From contig OX597818.1 of NCBI GenBank assembly GCA_951406725.2, positions 74,152,001 to 74,216,000 on the forward strand: DNA of 64,000 bases. Reading direction: 5' to 3'. The notes beneath the pieces were generated by a model, which saw nothing but the letters and a program-made list of their open reading frames with translations, searched no databases and was not told where the DNA came from. Below are positions 1 through 12,679 of the stretch, in pieces. Each line of letters starts with the position of its first letter. Position 1 is the stretch's first letter. The translations under genes and the position numbers were made by a program. The stretch comes from Octopus vulgaris. Its lineage: Eukaryota.

Positions 1-666
1 GGTGATGCCAACATCATTTGGGCAATGCTGATGGAATATTTTCCACATCATGCAGATGATGTAGCGCTCACGACGACGTTGGAGAGAATAGAGTTTTAGC
101 TTTTCTAGTCGACCCCAATAGTCGAGGCCTGTCATGCCATCTATCTTTTTTGTGATTGCCCTTTGAGGTGCTTCGACTTTTATGATACCTTGTATTGTGT
201 GGGGAGACCACAGTGGACAACAGTATTCAAGGTGGGGTCGGGCAAAAGTGGAGAAGAGAAGGATAATGGTGTGGATATCTCTCGACTGGAAAGTTCTGAG
301 AATCCAGGAACACATTCTGCGGGCCATGTCAACTTTGGTGTTTATATGAGTGGCCCAGCTTACGTTGTTGTCCACAATTACTCCCAAGTCTCTGATGTTG
401 TTGGACGCCGTGAGAGTTTCACCTGAAGGAAGGGAGTATGGGAGTTTCAGGGCATCCTCTTTTCCAAAGTGGATTAGCTCAAATTTATCCTCGTTCAGCA
501 GCATATTGTTTTTTTCTGCCCATTGGATAACAGCCAGTAGATCTGACTGAAGGCATGTCCGGTCACTCGCCTCATTTATGACCTTCTGTAGCTTGGAGTC
601 ATCTGCAAAGATTTTTATGTTGCTGTGCTTGATGATGTCATTAATGTCATTAATGTAAATGATGAA
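1..666 (-). mobile_element. CR1/L2-type LINE ORF2 fragment (RT C-terminal half), 5'-truncated, continues off the window
   Basis: Hand translation of the minus strand is open throughout: FIIYINDINDIIKHSNIKIFADDSKL...IRDLGVIVD...ARPHLEYCCPLWSPH...LKLYSLQRRRER. These are RT FADD, DLGV and thumb motifs typical of CR1/L2. Confidence 0.9.
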
Positions 667-712
667 ATATATATATATTATATACATATATATATACATA
701 TATACATATATG

Positions 713-766
<54 letters not shown>

Positions 767-885
767 GAAGATAGATAGATAGATTTATAGATAGATAGAA
801 AGAGAGAGAGATAGAGAGATAGATAGATATGTATGTGTGCGTATATGTATGTATGTATGTATGTATGTATATATGTATGTGTAGG
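667..885. repeat. Compound microsatellite (TA)n/(GA)n/(GATA)n/(TATG)n
   Basis: Directly visible. Confidence 0.95.
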
Positions 886-930
886 ACGTCTGATAGTCAC
901 AAAGACCGATGTTCCAGTGTTCCTTTTTTC

Positions 931-1365
<435 letters not shown>

Positions 1366-1559
1366 CAAAATGTCTATTCATTTACATATATTGTAAATGC
1401 CACTCCTGTCCTACTACACTTAACCGTACATTTTACAGTTGCTATTAAGGGACGAGAATGATGGATACTGTAATATAACCCACACTTCCACTTGTAGAAC
1501 ATGCGAGCGATTTCCACAAATTCCGTCAACCTCTTTTATTATGGCATGTTAACCATACA

Positions 1560-1645
1560 TTTGCTTAGCTGTTTCAGGAGTGGGATCGAACCTGCGACTT
1601 CCACAATATTGCAAATTGAATTTCTTTATTACCACTCAGTCATAT
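1560..1645 (-). mobile_element. Degenerate tRNA-derived SINE head
   Basis: The reverse strand has B-box-like GGTTCGATCCC and A-box-like TGACTGAGTGG. Confidence 0.45.
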
Positions 1646-2559
1646 CAACATCAACCGATTTATTGTACGCACTCATTCCCACTACTAAACATACACATGA
1701 ACTGATGCATGAATGTATATATACTTGCGTATGTGTGTGCATGTGTATTTATATCCATAAATATATATATATGTCTGTGTGTGTGTGTGTGTATGTATAT
1801 GTGTATGTGTTAATGTATTTATATTTAAGCATACATACATATATGTTTATGTATGTGTATGTGTAAAAAAAGAGGTAGATAGGTGTACTTAAACATCCAA
1901 AATACATTCACAATCTTACACTCGCCGATGTATATGCGTGTCCGTATACGCGTGCTGCGTATATAGGTGTGATACATAGTTTTATAAACATGTGTGTGTG
2001 TGTTTATTAGTATCTGTGTGTGTATGTGTGTGTATGTGCACATACATACTGACATACTGACATACATATATACATATCATCGTTGTGATCTGTATTTTGA
2101 CGCTGTCAAAGTTCTTTACAAAATCTGTTACCTGATAAACATCCACTTTGTGTATTTGGTTATTTGGCCCTGAGAACAAGATACTGGCAACAAGTAGACC
2201 TTACACTTCCCCAGTTCTTAGTCCTGAAGGCCCCTGTTTTCGAACTCTAGTTCGATTAAACAGAGACTGATCTGTCCTGGTCCAACTTGACACCTTTTGT
2301 CATTGCATGAGCAGCGATGACACCGCCATTACTGACATATGAATTCGAAGCGGTATTCGAACTGAGAATGAGAGGAGAGCATGAACCAATACCACAAAGG
2401 ATCATGTCAGACGCTCTAACATCTCAAAAAGTTTCACCAAACTAGGCTGGGAATTTATGGACCCTGAAATAATTTAATGGAAATTTGAAGCAGTGAAATT
2501 TGAACTCAGAGCAGGGTTGAACGTCAGAGCTGTTGTCTGTATACACAGGATATTGAATA

Positions 2560-2632
2560 TATATATCACAGGACATATATGCTATATCAACATACATCTG
2601 TATATATATATATATATATATATAAAGTGTAC

Positions 2633-2701
<69 letters not shown>

Positions 2702-2767
2702 GCAAATATATATATACATACATATATATATATATATATCTAGTAATCTGATTACACAAATATATAT

Positions 2768-2813
<46 letters not shown>

Positions 2814-3259
2814 GTGTGTATGAATACTATGTATACATATATTTTTGTACATGCACCTATGTATACTTATCGATATACATATATATATATCTAAATACAT
2901 ATGTATATATGTATGAACAGTTTATTTTTATACATATATACTTATTATAGTCATATATATATATTTGTATATACATACAAACTTATACTCATACACACTT
3001 ATGAATATACATATACAAATGTCTGTATATATGGACGTATATGTATGTATATATTCGCATGTATAAGTATAGATTGTAGAGAAGATATATATATATATAT
3101 ATATATACATTGACATATATATTTATATATCTATATACATATACATATATAAATATATACATATATACTTGTATATACATATATATATATATACACACAC
3201 ACAGACATAGGTAGATACATATATACAGAGATATAGGCTGATAGACAGAGAGAGATGGT

Positions 3260-3350
<91 letters not shown>

Positions 3351-3480
3351 GCAGACAGACAGATTGGTGGATGATTGATGTGACGTGTGTTAATATGTAT
3401 ATATGATATGCATATGTGTGCAGCTGTGTGTATATACATGTGTGTTTATATATACACATATAAATGTCAAAGTCATATAT
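2560..3480. repeat. Long degenerate (TA)n/(GATA)n microsatellite field
   Basis: Directly visible. Confidence 0.95.
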
Positions 3481-4213
3481 ATAGATGCTTTTTCTCAGGA
3501 AAATTATTCATCTCTTTTCCATAATATACCGAAGATGAACAACAACGACAAAGAAATAAAATATATCATAATATAAAATTAAAAGTTACACAACTCACCA
3601 GTTTAGGCCTGTTTTCAAAGAAAATAACGAAAAAACCCTCCAAGTTGTATCCAGAACGATTTGTCATCAGTTATGTTCATCCAACGTTAAATAAGAAAAA
3701 ATTTGTATCGCTTTTATATAGATAATATCTGTGTAGCTAGGCGGTAAATATTACACTCACAGATTATTTTACAAACAACACAGTGTTATTATTGTTGTTG
3801 TTGATGTTGTTGCTATGTTTAATGTTATATCTGTTGTTCTGAATTAATTAGAAACAACAGAACGTAGAGATTGTGATTTTAGGCAGCAAAACCTTAGCTT
3901 GGTTTTTATTATTCTTTCGAGAGAGGGCGGTGCGTTTTCCGGTTGGTGTTGTTGTTGCTATTGTAATTGTTATTTTGTGGTGTTTTATGATTGTATCATT
4001 CACTTCTATTCTTCGTATATATTGCTGTTGACGTCGCTGTTGTTGCAGCTATTAATATCTTTGCTGTTCTCATTAACGTGTTCTGTTTTTATTATTTTCC
4101 ATGACAGTATTGTAAATCGGCTTCTTTTAACTATTAAACTAGTATGTACTATAAAACTTTTTTATGCTTGATGAACATAAAAGCGACTTGTGCCGCGTAT
4201 ATACATATATATG

Positions 4214-4255
<42 letters not shown>

Positions 4256-4350
4256 GTACAGATACGCACTCTAACAACGTAGACAGAACTCTTCTTGACT
4301 ATTAGTTTCAAGGTTCAATTAACTATATATATCAATATATCATATTATAC

Positions 4351-4453
<103 letters not shown>

Positions 4454-4976
4454 TGTATGTATGTATGTATGTATGTATGTACGTATGTATGAATGCTCTG
4501 TATGTTAAGGCGTACTTTTTTCTGTATGATATATATGGTATCTTTATTTCGATAAATCGCAAGAATGTGTAAGCCAAACCCACCACACTCAAATAATGAA
4601 ATAATCTGCTACGATTAACGTATGTGAAACACCACAAATCACTTTAAATGCGTTTGCATTTTCCCATAATCCTTACGAAATGACAAGGATTAAATAATTT
4701 TAATAAAAGGTGGAGAAACACATGTTTCTTAACATTTTCCGGCTCCGTAGACGCAGTAAAGACAGGTATGTGCTGTGTGTGTGTGTGTCTGTGTGTGTAC
4801 GTGTGCATGTATTTTTGTTTCTATGCCAACCTGTGTCGGCGTGTGTGATAAATATATATATATATAAGCGCGTGTGAAAACGTCTGTGTATCTCTCTCTG
4901 TATCTGTTTGTGTGTATGTGTATGTTTTTTGGGAGTGTCTGTCTATATGTAGAAATGTACAAGGGGATGTGTATGA

Positions 4977-5008
<32 letters not shown>

Positions 5009-5135
5009 ATCTATGTATGTATAATGCAATGCAGGTGTATATATTGGAAAAACAGATATCGCTCGAACAAGTGGTTTTATAGTGCTGTTTTAAATATATT
5101 TATATATTATATTTTTCCTTCATTCTTCCTTGTCA

Positions 5136-5168
<33 letters not shown>

Positions 5169-5383
5169 CCTCTCTCTCACACACGCAAAATGGGTAAGAT
5201 TGTGCAAAAATAATTTAGTGAAAAATGCAACTGAAGTATATAATGATAATATGAACAAGGCAGAAAGTTCCGTTAAAGTTAAATCTCCGACTGAACAGCG
5301 GTGAACTGAGTAATTACAGCAAAAATAACAATGATTGCACAAACAGAAACAGCAACCTCAAACAGCAGCAGCAATTACAAAAC

Positions 5384-5425
<42 letters not shown>

Positions 5426-5775
5426 TGTGAATTGCAAAATCAAAGATAACGGGAAAAGTAATTAAGTAAACAAACCAATGTAATAATCAACAGAGAGTCA
5501 CATATGCAATCTGCCGGTACAGGTGGAATGATCAGTTAGAGTAATTAATTTTGTGTAAGCTTAACAAAACAAACAGATATATAAGAGAAATTTTGCGGGG
5601 AGGTAATTGGCATGCGTTGACCCACCCCCGGAAAGGGGTCGATACAGGTAGCTTATAACGTCCTTCCTATCTGATAAACCAACACACGAGTTACACACGT
5701 ACACGCACATGCGCTCACTGAGACACATGGAAATACATACGCTGAACTTGCTAAAGACGATGATGATGATGTGAA

Positions 5776-5848
<73 letters not shown>

Positions 5849-6378
5849 TTAGAGGTGTTGGTCAGCGGGGGTAAAAAGCAACTTAAGTTTTAAAAGCCAT
5901 TACATTTTTCGTAAACAAAACAAAAAGCATGCAGGTGTGTAGATTTATGTGTGCATGTGTTTGTGTGTGTGTGTCTGTCCGCGTATTTGTGCGTGCGTGT
6001 GTGTGTGCTTGTGTGTGTGTGTGTGTGTTTGAAATTATGTATGTATGTGTGTGCATACATTTATATGTAAATTCTTTTTCTGTTTTTTTTTTTTTTTCTT
6101 TTGCAATATATCCCACACACGGTGCACCGTTGTCGATTGTCACAGAATTGTCATCCTGCAAGCGAGTGTTGTTACATTAGTTTGTTAGTCAGCTGGATGC
6201 GGTGCAGTGCACAGACAGACACAGCAGCATCACCAGCAGAATCAGCAGTAGCAGCAGCAGTACAAGTCTACTGAAGGCCAACTAATGGAGGCAGCATCAG
6301 CACCAGCAGAAGCAACAACAGCAGCAGTCGTCAGTACAACAGATGCACCGACAGCAGAAAAATACGTGTTGCCATTAC

Positions 6379-6433
<55 letters not shown>

Positions 6434-6512
6434 ACTATTATTGTTGTTGTTGTTGTTGTTGTAGTTGGTGGTGGTGGTTTTTGTTATTGTTGTTATTGTT
6501 GACATTGACAAT

Positions 6513-6720
6513 AAGCTGGCATAATGGTTAGTACGCCGGACAAAACGTTTAGCGGCATTTCATCCGTCTTTACGTTGTCAGTTCAAATTCCACCGAGGTG
6601 TGAATTTGCCCCCCTACACCCTTTTCAGAGTCGATAAAATAGGTACAATTTGAGTACTAGGGAGGATGCAATCGAGCAGCCCCATACTCCAAAATTTCAA
6701 GCTTTGTACTACAAACAATT
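6513..6720 (+). mobile_element. tRNA-derived SINE family B copy with (TTA)n tail
   Basis: agctggcataatggttag...gttcaaattccaccgagg...gtcgataaaat. The same family occurs at 12412, 43310, 43481 and inverted at 39665, 40635, 40863. Confidence 0.75.
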
Positions 6721-7069
6721 ATTATTATTATTATTGTTGGTGGTGGTGGTGGTGGTGGTGGTGGTGTTTTTGTTATTATTATTACTGTTTACGAAAATGC
6801 ATTTTATTTATGGACTTTACATTTTTTTATGGAGGTGAGGATCGCTCCGGTTTCGCGTTGGGGTTAAACTGGAAGGAAAAGATTCATAACAAAGTTTTTC
6901 CAGTCGTGACCCTCCCGTCTTTTTCTCTGATGTTGTATATGTTGGAGTACATCAACTTTTATTTTCTTTATTATTTCTGCTAATTTCATGTCAAGGTGCC
7001 ATGTGGACAAGATTTGGCTGTTGTTTCTAGCAATTCTAGACCTTCGAAGGGCTCTACGCGTTTCTGATG

Positions 7070-7153
7070 CTGATGATAATGATGATGATGATCAGAATGG
7101 CATTGCTATTTTAGTCGATAGTAGTGTTTATAAGTACCTTGTTAGATCATGAT

Positions 7154-7228
<75 letters not shown>

Positions 7229-7930
7229 ATGGTTGAAGTGGTGTTTGTGTTGCAGTCTGTGGTCTGGAGGTGTTGTGACGGTAACGGTAGTAGTGGTGGC
7301 GCTACCGGTGGTAGCGGTAGTGGGACTGGAAGTAGTAGTGGCGATGGTGATGGTGTTGGTAACGGCGGTTTTGGTGTTCTTGTTGGTGTCGGTGGTTGTG
7401 AGGATATTGACGGTGGTAACGATGGTGGTGATGGCGCTGGCGTTGGCGAAGGAGAGGGTGCTGGAAGCGGGGGCGGTGGTACATCTGAAGATGTTTGCAA
7501 TGTTGCTGTTATTAATAGTGTTCATGGCGGTGATGATGATGATGATGATGATGGTGGTGATGTTGGTGATGGTGATAGTGATAGTGATGGTGTTCATTAT
7601 GATGGTGACGACGACGAGGATTGTGCTGGCGGAATAGAAGTGGTGGTGGTGATGGTGGCGGTGGAGGTGGTGGTGGTGGTGGTGGTGGTGGTGGTGGTGG
7701 TGGTGATCACATAGCTATTGATTATGGTGCTGATGATGACAGCTATGATCGTGATGCCATCAGAAATTGCAGCATCAAAAGCAAAAAGACAAACAAAAAC
7801 AAAAAAGCCAGCAGGTAGGTAACAACAATAACAACAACAACAACAACAGCAACAAGTGATGTACGTGGAAGATAAAAAAATAGCGGTGACGGCAGCAGCA
7901 GAAGTTGATGCGGGGATTGGTGGTGACAAA
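7070..7930. repeat. Compound trinucleotide low-complexity region (GTA)n/(GGT)n/(GAT)n/(CAA)n
   Basis: Directly visible; explains the overlapping Val/Gly/Asp-rich ORFs. Confidence 0.9.
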
Positions 7931-8108
7931 AACAGAAACTGATGAGGTGTGACGGATCAGCTAACAAAGAACGAGAGATAGAGAGGGATAGAAGGTGAGA
8001 GATAGAGAGAGAGAGAGGGGGAGGAAGCGAGAGGTGGGGAGAGTGTGTCAGTATGGTGCGTCGCGCTTGTGAGTGTATACATATATAAAGAGATACATAT
8101 GCATGTAG

Positions 8109-8230
<122 letters not shown>

Positions 8231-9554
8231 CATACATATGTATATATACAAATATATATATACATACATATATATATATACTTTATTATATATATATATA
8301 TATATGCACGCACGCACATATATATACATACACATACGTACATACATACATGCATTTATACGCATATAAGTATATAAATATATATATATATATAATCTTT
8401 TATTTTTATTTGTTTCAGTCATTTGACTGCAGCCATGCTGAAGTACCACATGCACGCGCGAGCGCACACTCGTATCTATGTATGTATATTTATATGTCAT
8501 TCAGTTTATTTCAAGATTTCTTGCCAATTGAGAAAGATCCGGTTTCTAACCTAGATCCAAGGCTCCTTCTTTGGAATTTCAACATCAACAATAGGGTAGT
8601 TTTTGTTTGTGTGTATGTACGAATGTGCAGGTTTTGTTTTTTTTTTTGTATTTTCTGCGTATGTATGTATGCATACGCATGATCACATACAGGTATATAT
8701 AGTTATGTATACATAGATTGAAAGTAATTGAAAAATCTGTGCGTCGCGTGGGTGCGTATGTTTGTATATGTGGTTGTCTTTATGTGTACGTGTGTGTGTG
8801 TGTATGTGTGTGTGTGTAAGTGTGTGTGTGAGTGTGTGTGTGTGTTTTGTATGCGCGCGTGTTTGTATGTATGGTATATACGCAATACACACACGCACGG
8901 GCGCACGCAGAGGGAAAAGAAAGAGTGAGGAAGAGAGATAGAAAGATTTGACTGTAGAGACACGCACAGACGCGATTGAAAGCGAGACAAGCACAGAAAA
9001 GAAAAATTGTATGAAGCGAAAGAGTGGGAGGTATAATGATGTGAGGGGTGGTGGCGTTAGAGTATGAATAAGGATTAGCGGAGGGGGGGGAGAAAGAAAT
9101 ATAGATAAAAATAGATGTGTATATGAGAGGGAGGACGATATTTGTGGGATTGAGAGAAAGATCGGTGAATTGATGACGTCTGTGACAGAGTAAGCAAGAG
9201 AGGAAGATGCTGTGAGTGTGCTTTAGGGAGGTATTGTAATGAAGTGAAAGGTTTTAACACAGAGTTGTGAGATTTAGAGAGAAAGCCAGAGAGAGAGAGA
9301 GAGAAGGGGAAAGGTTGTGGAAATGTACACCACACATACATGTATATTTATATATCTAGAGAGAGAGAGGGCGAAAGAGACGGAGGCTGAGCGACAGGGA
9401 GGAATAAAAATAACAGCAAATAAAGAAGCAAGATTAAGCTGGAGTGGAAACACATGGAACTTACGTGTGGATAAAGAGAACAGAATACAATTGTAGTGGG
9501 ATAATAGATAAACAGACGAATCTACAGGTAAATAAACAGGTAGACATAGTGAGG

Positions 9555-9616
<62 letters not shown>

Positions 9617-9852
9617 CACACACACACACACAGAGAAAGATAAACAGATATATAGTTTAATAGCTAAAAAAATGTTATTCAGAGTAGATACATATCTACA
9701 TGTGTGTGTGTGTGTGTGTGTGTGCGTGTGTGTGTGTGTGTGTGTGCGTGTGTGTGCGTGTGTGCGTGTGTGTATGTGTACAAGAGTTGAGTTCTTGTAA
9801 AAGAGCCTACGAAATATTAAGCTGCATAATATATATACACACAAATTATCTG

Positions 9853-10060
9853 TTATCTTTTACTTGTTTCAGTTATCAGACTGTGGCCATGCTAGGGCAT
9901 CGCCATGAAGACTTTTAGACAAACGAATGGACCCCTACACTTTTTTTAAAGTTTAGTGGTCATTCCAGTGTTCTCTGTTACGGAACTGGTATCTTACCGA
10001 ACATAAGCCCGCCAACACCGGTTATTAAGCGGCGGTTGGTGACACAAACACAGATACACA
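9853..10060 (-). mobile_element. Partial SINE family A (3' part)
   Basis: tcttttacttgtttcag...ggccatgctagggca...caccggtt...aagcggcggttgg. Confidence 0.7.
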
Positions 10061-10234
10061 CACAAACGCACACACACAGACACACACACACGCACATTTA
10101 TTTATTTATTTATTTATCTATTATACACACACATATTGAGGGACATGCATGTATGAAGAGAAAGTGTTTTGTGCTGCATGTCATACGTGAAAAAATTCAG
10201 TGAGATGATTTGAATTTGGTTGACATACATATAT

Positions 10235-10272
<38 letters not shown>

Positions 10273-10589
10273 AGACATAGAGAGAAATGTTTTGAGTGAG
10301 GGGAAAATGCAGTGACGTACAACAAATATCTGTAGCTACTGGATTTATTGGGTATATAAACAGATTGGTGTTGGTCAATTTGATGGACCACTTTATATCA
10401 TAATTTTCCTCTCTCTCAAATCCCAAATACATTTACTAAGGTTCATAGAATTACAATGTCTTCTAAAGTTAAATGAAGAATTATAATGTAATCTAGATTT
10501 TCAAATTGTAGAAGAGCGTATGTGATAATGGGTAATGGGTATGATCCCCTGCAATTACGTTACATTGATATACTGTATTCTTCCTTAAC

Positions 10590-11174
10590 ACGGATTTGTA
10601 AAAGACAGATGATTTTGTTTTTGAAATATACAAAGGCATTTGTTCACTCGTATGTAGCACTCACGGCTCAAGGATTTACTACTAACTCTCCTCTCAGAAT
10701 GAAGTGTTAAAACAGGATCATTAGCAGTATTATAATCTATATTATTATTTTCAGAGTTGGCATTACCTTTACCAAAAGTATCAAAAACTAGTTCAGGAAA
10801 ATTATCGTTATAGTGTATTTCACAATTAACCGTATCGGTTCCTCTTGTGTTTAGTAATTTTGAGTTGCGATAATGTCTAATTTTACTTTTATCTGGTGCT
10901 CTACTTTCAACCAGATTTCTGAGCGATTAAATAATTTCTCGTACTCACTTGAAGACAAGGAATAGTTATTCAGCGCTGCAAAGAATTTCCAAGGAATATT
11001 AGTAGTTGTGTAAAATACACCTGGTGCATTATACCAGACAATATTTTTTGAATTAGCCTTTCTGTTAACGACATAGACATTTCCCCTAATATAATCACTA
11101 TCGCCATGTTTATAAGTCTTAATCCCAAAAGTAGATGATCTCCTGCCGTAATTCGTATACTTAAAGTCATTCAT
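10590..11174 (-). pseudogene. Frameshifted coding-like relic, possibly parvovirus/densovirus capsid-derived endogenous viral element
   Basis: A 107 aa ORF (…TTTNIPWKFFAALNNYSLSSSEYEKLFN…VKLDIIATQ) continues after a frameshift as KLLNTRGTDTVNCEIHYNDNFPELVFDTFG…. The region is non-repetitive and Asn/Thr-rich. Similarity to parvoviral VP is by eye only. Confidence 0.3.
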
Positions 11175-11228
11175 ATCTATAAAATTATTATTATAATTAT
11201 TATTACTATTATTACCATCATCATCATT

Positions 11229-11281
<53 letters not shown>

Positions 11282-11311
11282 AATTATTATTATTATCATC
11301 ATTATTATTTT

Positions 11312-11900
11312 ATGGGTTGCATAAATGTACGTGGCATGTGGTCGTCGTGGAAGCAAGGACGCTTGCGCAACGACCTCGGGTGGCTAAGCCTGTATGTAAT
11401 AGCCATCAGTGAAACCAGGATCGCGGATACACCGGCCTTAACTCCAACTTTTGATGACTTTGAGATTTTCGCATCTCTTAGTCGACTGGGAATGGGGGTG
11501 GGGCAGTGCTGTTCAGAAACGGCCTGGATCTCGAGATACGTAAGGTAAGTCGGTGGTCCTGGACGTGAATGATAACGCAGACAGTGCTTTTAGACTAGTC
11601 GCAGTGTACGCACCGACTGGTGCGGGGCAGCCGGAGTTTTTCAGACACCTGGAGGCCTTTCTAGGGACGTCTCACTCTTTATGGCTAGTGGACGATTCGA
11701 ACGCCATTTTTGATGGATGTGTGGATTGGGTGTGACTAGCGGATAGGAAAGGGGAATACACAAGCCTCGCAAACTTGCTAAGTCAATTCCAGCTGGCGGA
11801 CAGGTTCAGAGTGGATTTCCCGAATACTCCAGTGTGAACATGGGCAAACAGTGTCAGATTATCCAGATCTTAAGTAGCTAAGGTATTTTGTAGGCTAGCA
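11312..11900 (+). mobile_element. L1/Tx1-type LINE apurinic endonuclease (APE) fragment, degenerate
   Basis: GCINVRG…IAISETR, FRLVAVYAPTG…FF..L, LVDDSNA (decayed GDFN), LADRFR…TW: APE motifs in the expected order. Confidence 0.85.
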
Positions 11901-12004
11901 GATAGGAATTGCTTCTGTATACCTTCTGGAGGAGTTACCTCATTCCTATAAAATATTACCAAAAATGAAGTAGATAGACAACTTTATTTTTTGAACCTGT
12001 GGAA

Positions 12005-12076
12005 GGCATATGGTGTAGTGGTTAAAAGCGCGGACTACTAGCCTCAAGATTCCGAGTTCGATTCCAGACAGTGACT
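12005..12076 (+). repeat. tRNA-like module followed by (AAT)n tail; repeat-derived, not a functional tRNA
   Basis: A-box TGGTGTAGTGG and B-box GAGTTCGATTCC; the acceptor stem does not pair; a second copy lies inverted at 16395-16466. Confidence 0.7.
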
Positions 12077-12163
<87 letters not shown>

Positions 12164-12164
12164 G

Positions 12165-12205
<41 letters not shown>

Positions 12206-12411
12206 GCTGCTGTTGCTGTTGCTGTTGTTGAGGTTGAGGTTGAGGTTTATACCAATCATACATTTAGTATCGACAGAGTTACGTCTATGCTTAATATTGG
12301 TTTCAAATTTGGGCGCAAGACCACGGATTTCGAGGCGGGTGGGAAATCGAGTGAAGGGACTAGGTATGCTGCTGCTGCTGGTATTGTTGCTGTAATTATC
12401 AATGTTGTTGT

Positions 12412-12612
12412 TAAGGTGGAAAACTAGCAGTGTCGGTAGCACACACCAAGCAAAATGGCTAGCGACATTTTTTCGTCTTTACGTTATGAGTTCAAATTCT
12501 GCTGAGGTGAACTTTGCCTATCATCCTTTCAGGGTCGATAAAATCAGGAGTCGATGTAAACGGCAAGCCTGCCAACCTAAATTTCTGGTGTGAGCATATA
12601 TTAGAAAGAAAG
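12412..12612 (+). mobile_element. SINE family B copy
   Basis: gagttcaaattctgctgaggtgaactttgcctatcatcctttcagggtcgataaa. Confidence 0.75.
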
Positions 12613-12634
12613 ATTTTTATCGTCATCATCATCA

Positions 12635-12665
<31 letters not shown>

Positions 12666-12679
12666 CATATGATTGTTCC

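Noticed and set aside
163-550. Two plus-strand ORFs
   Set aside because: Antisense shadows of the LINE RT on the minus strand.
7124-7714. 196 aa Gly/Asp/Val-rich ORF and antisense Pro/Thr-rich ORFs
   Set aside because: Open in several frames on both strands because of trinucleotide repeats; no domain or splice support.
12005-12076. Functional tRNA gene
   Set aside because: Acceptor and T stems pair poorly, no T-run terminator, directly followed by an (AAT)n tail; repeat-derived.
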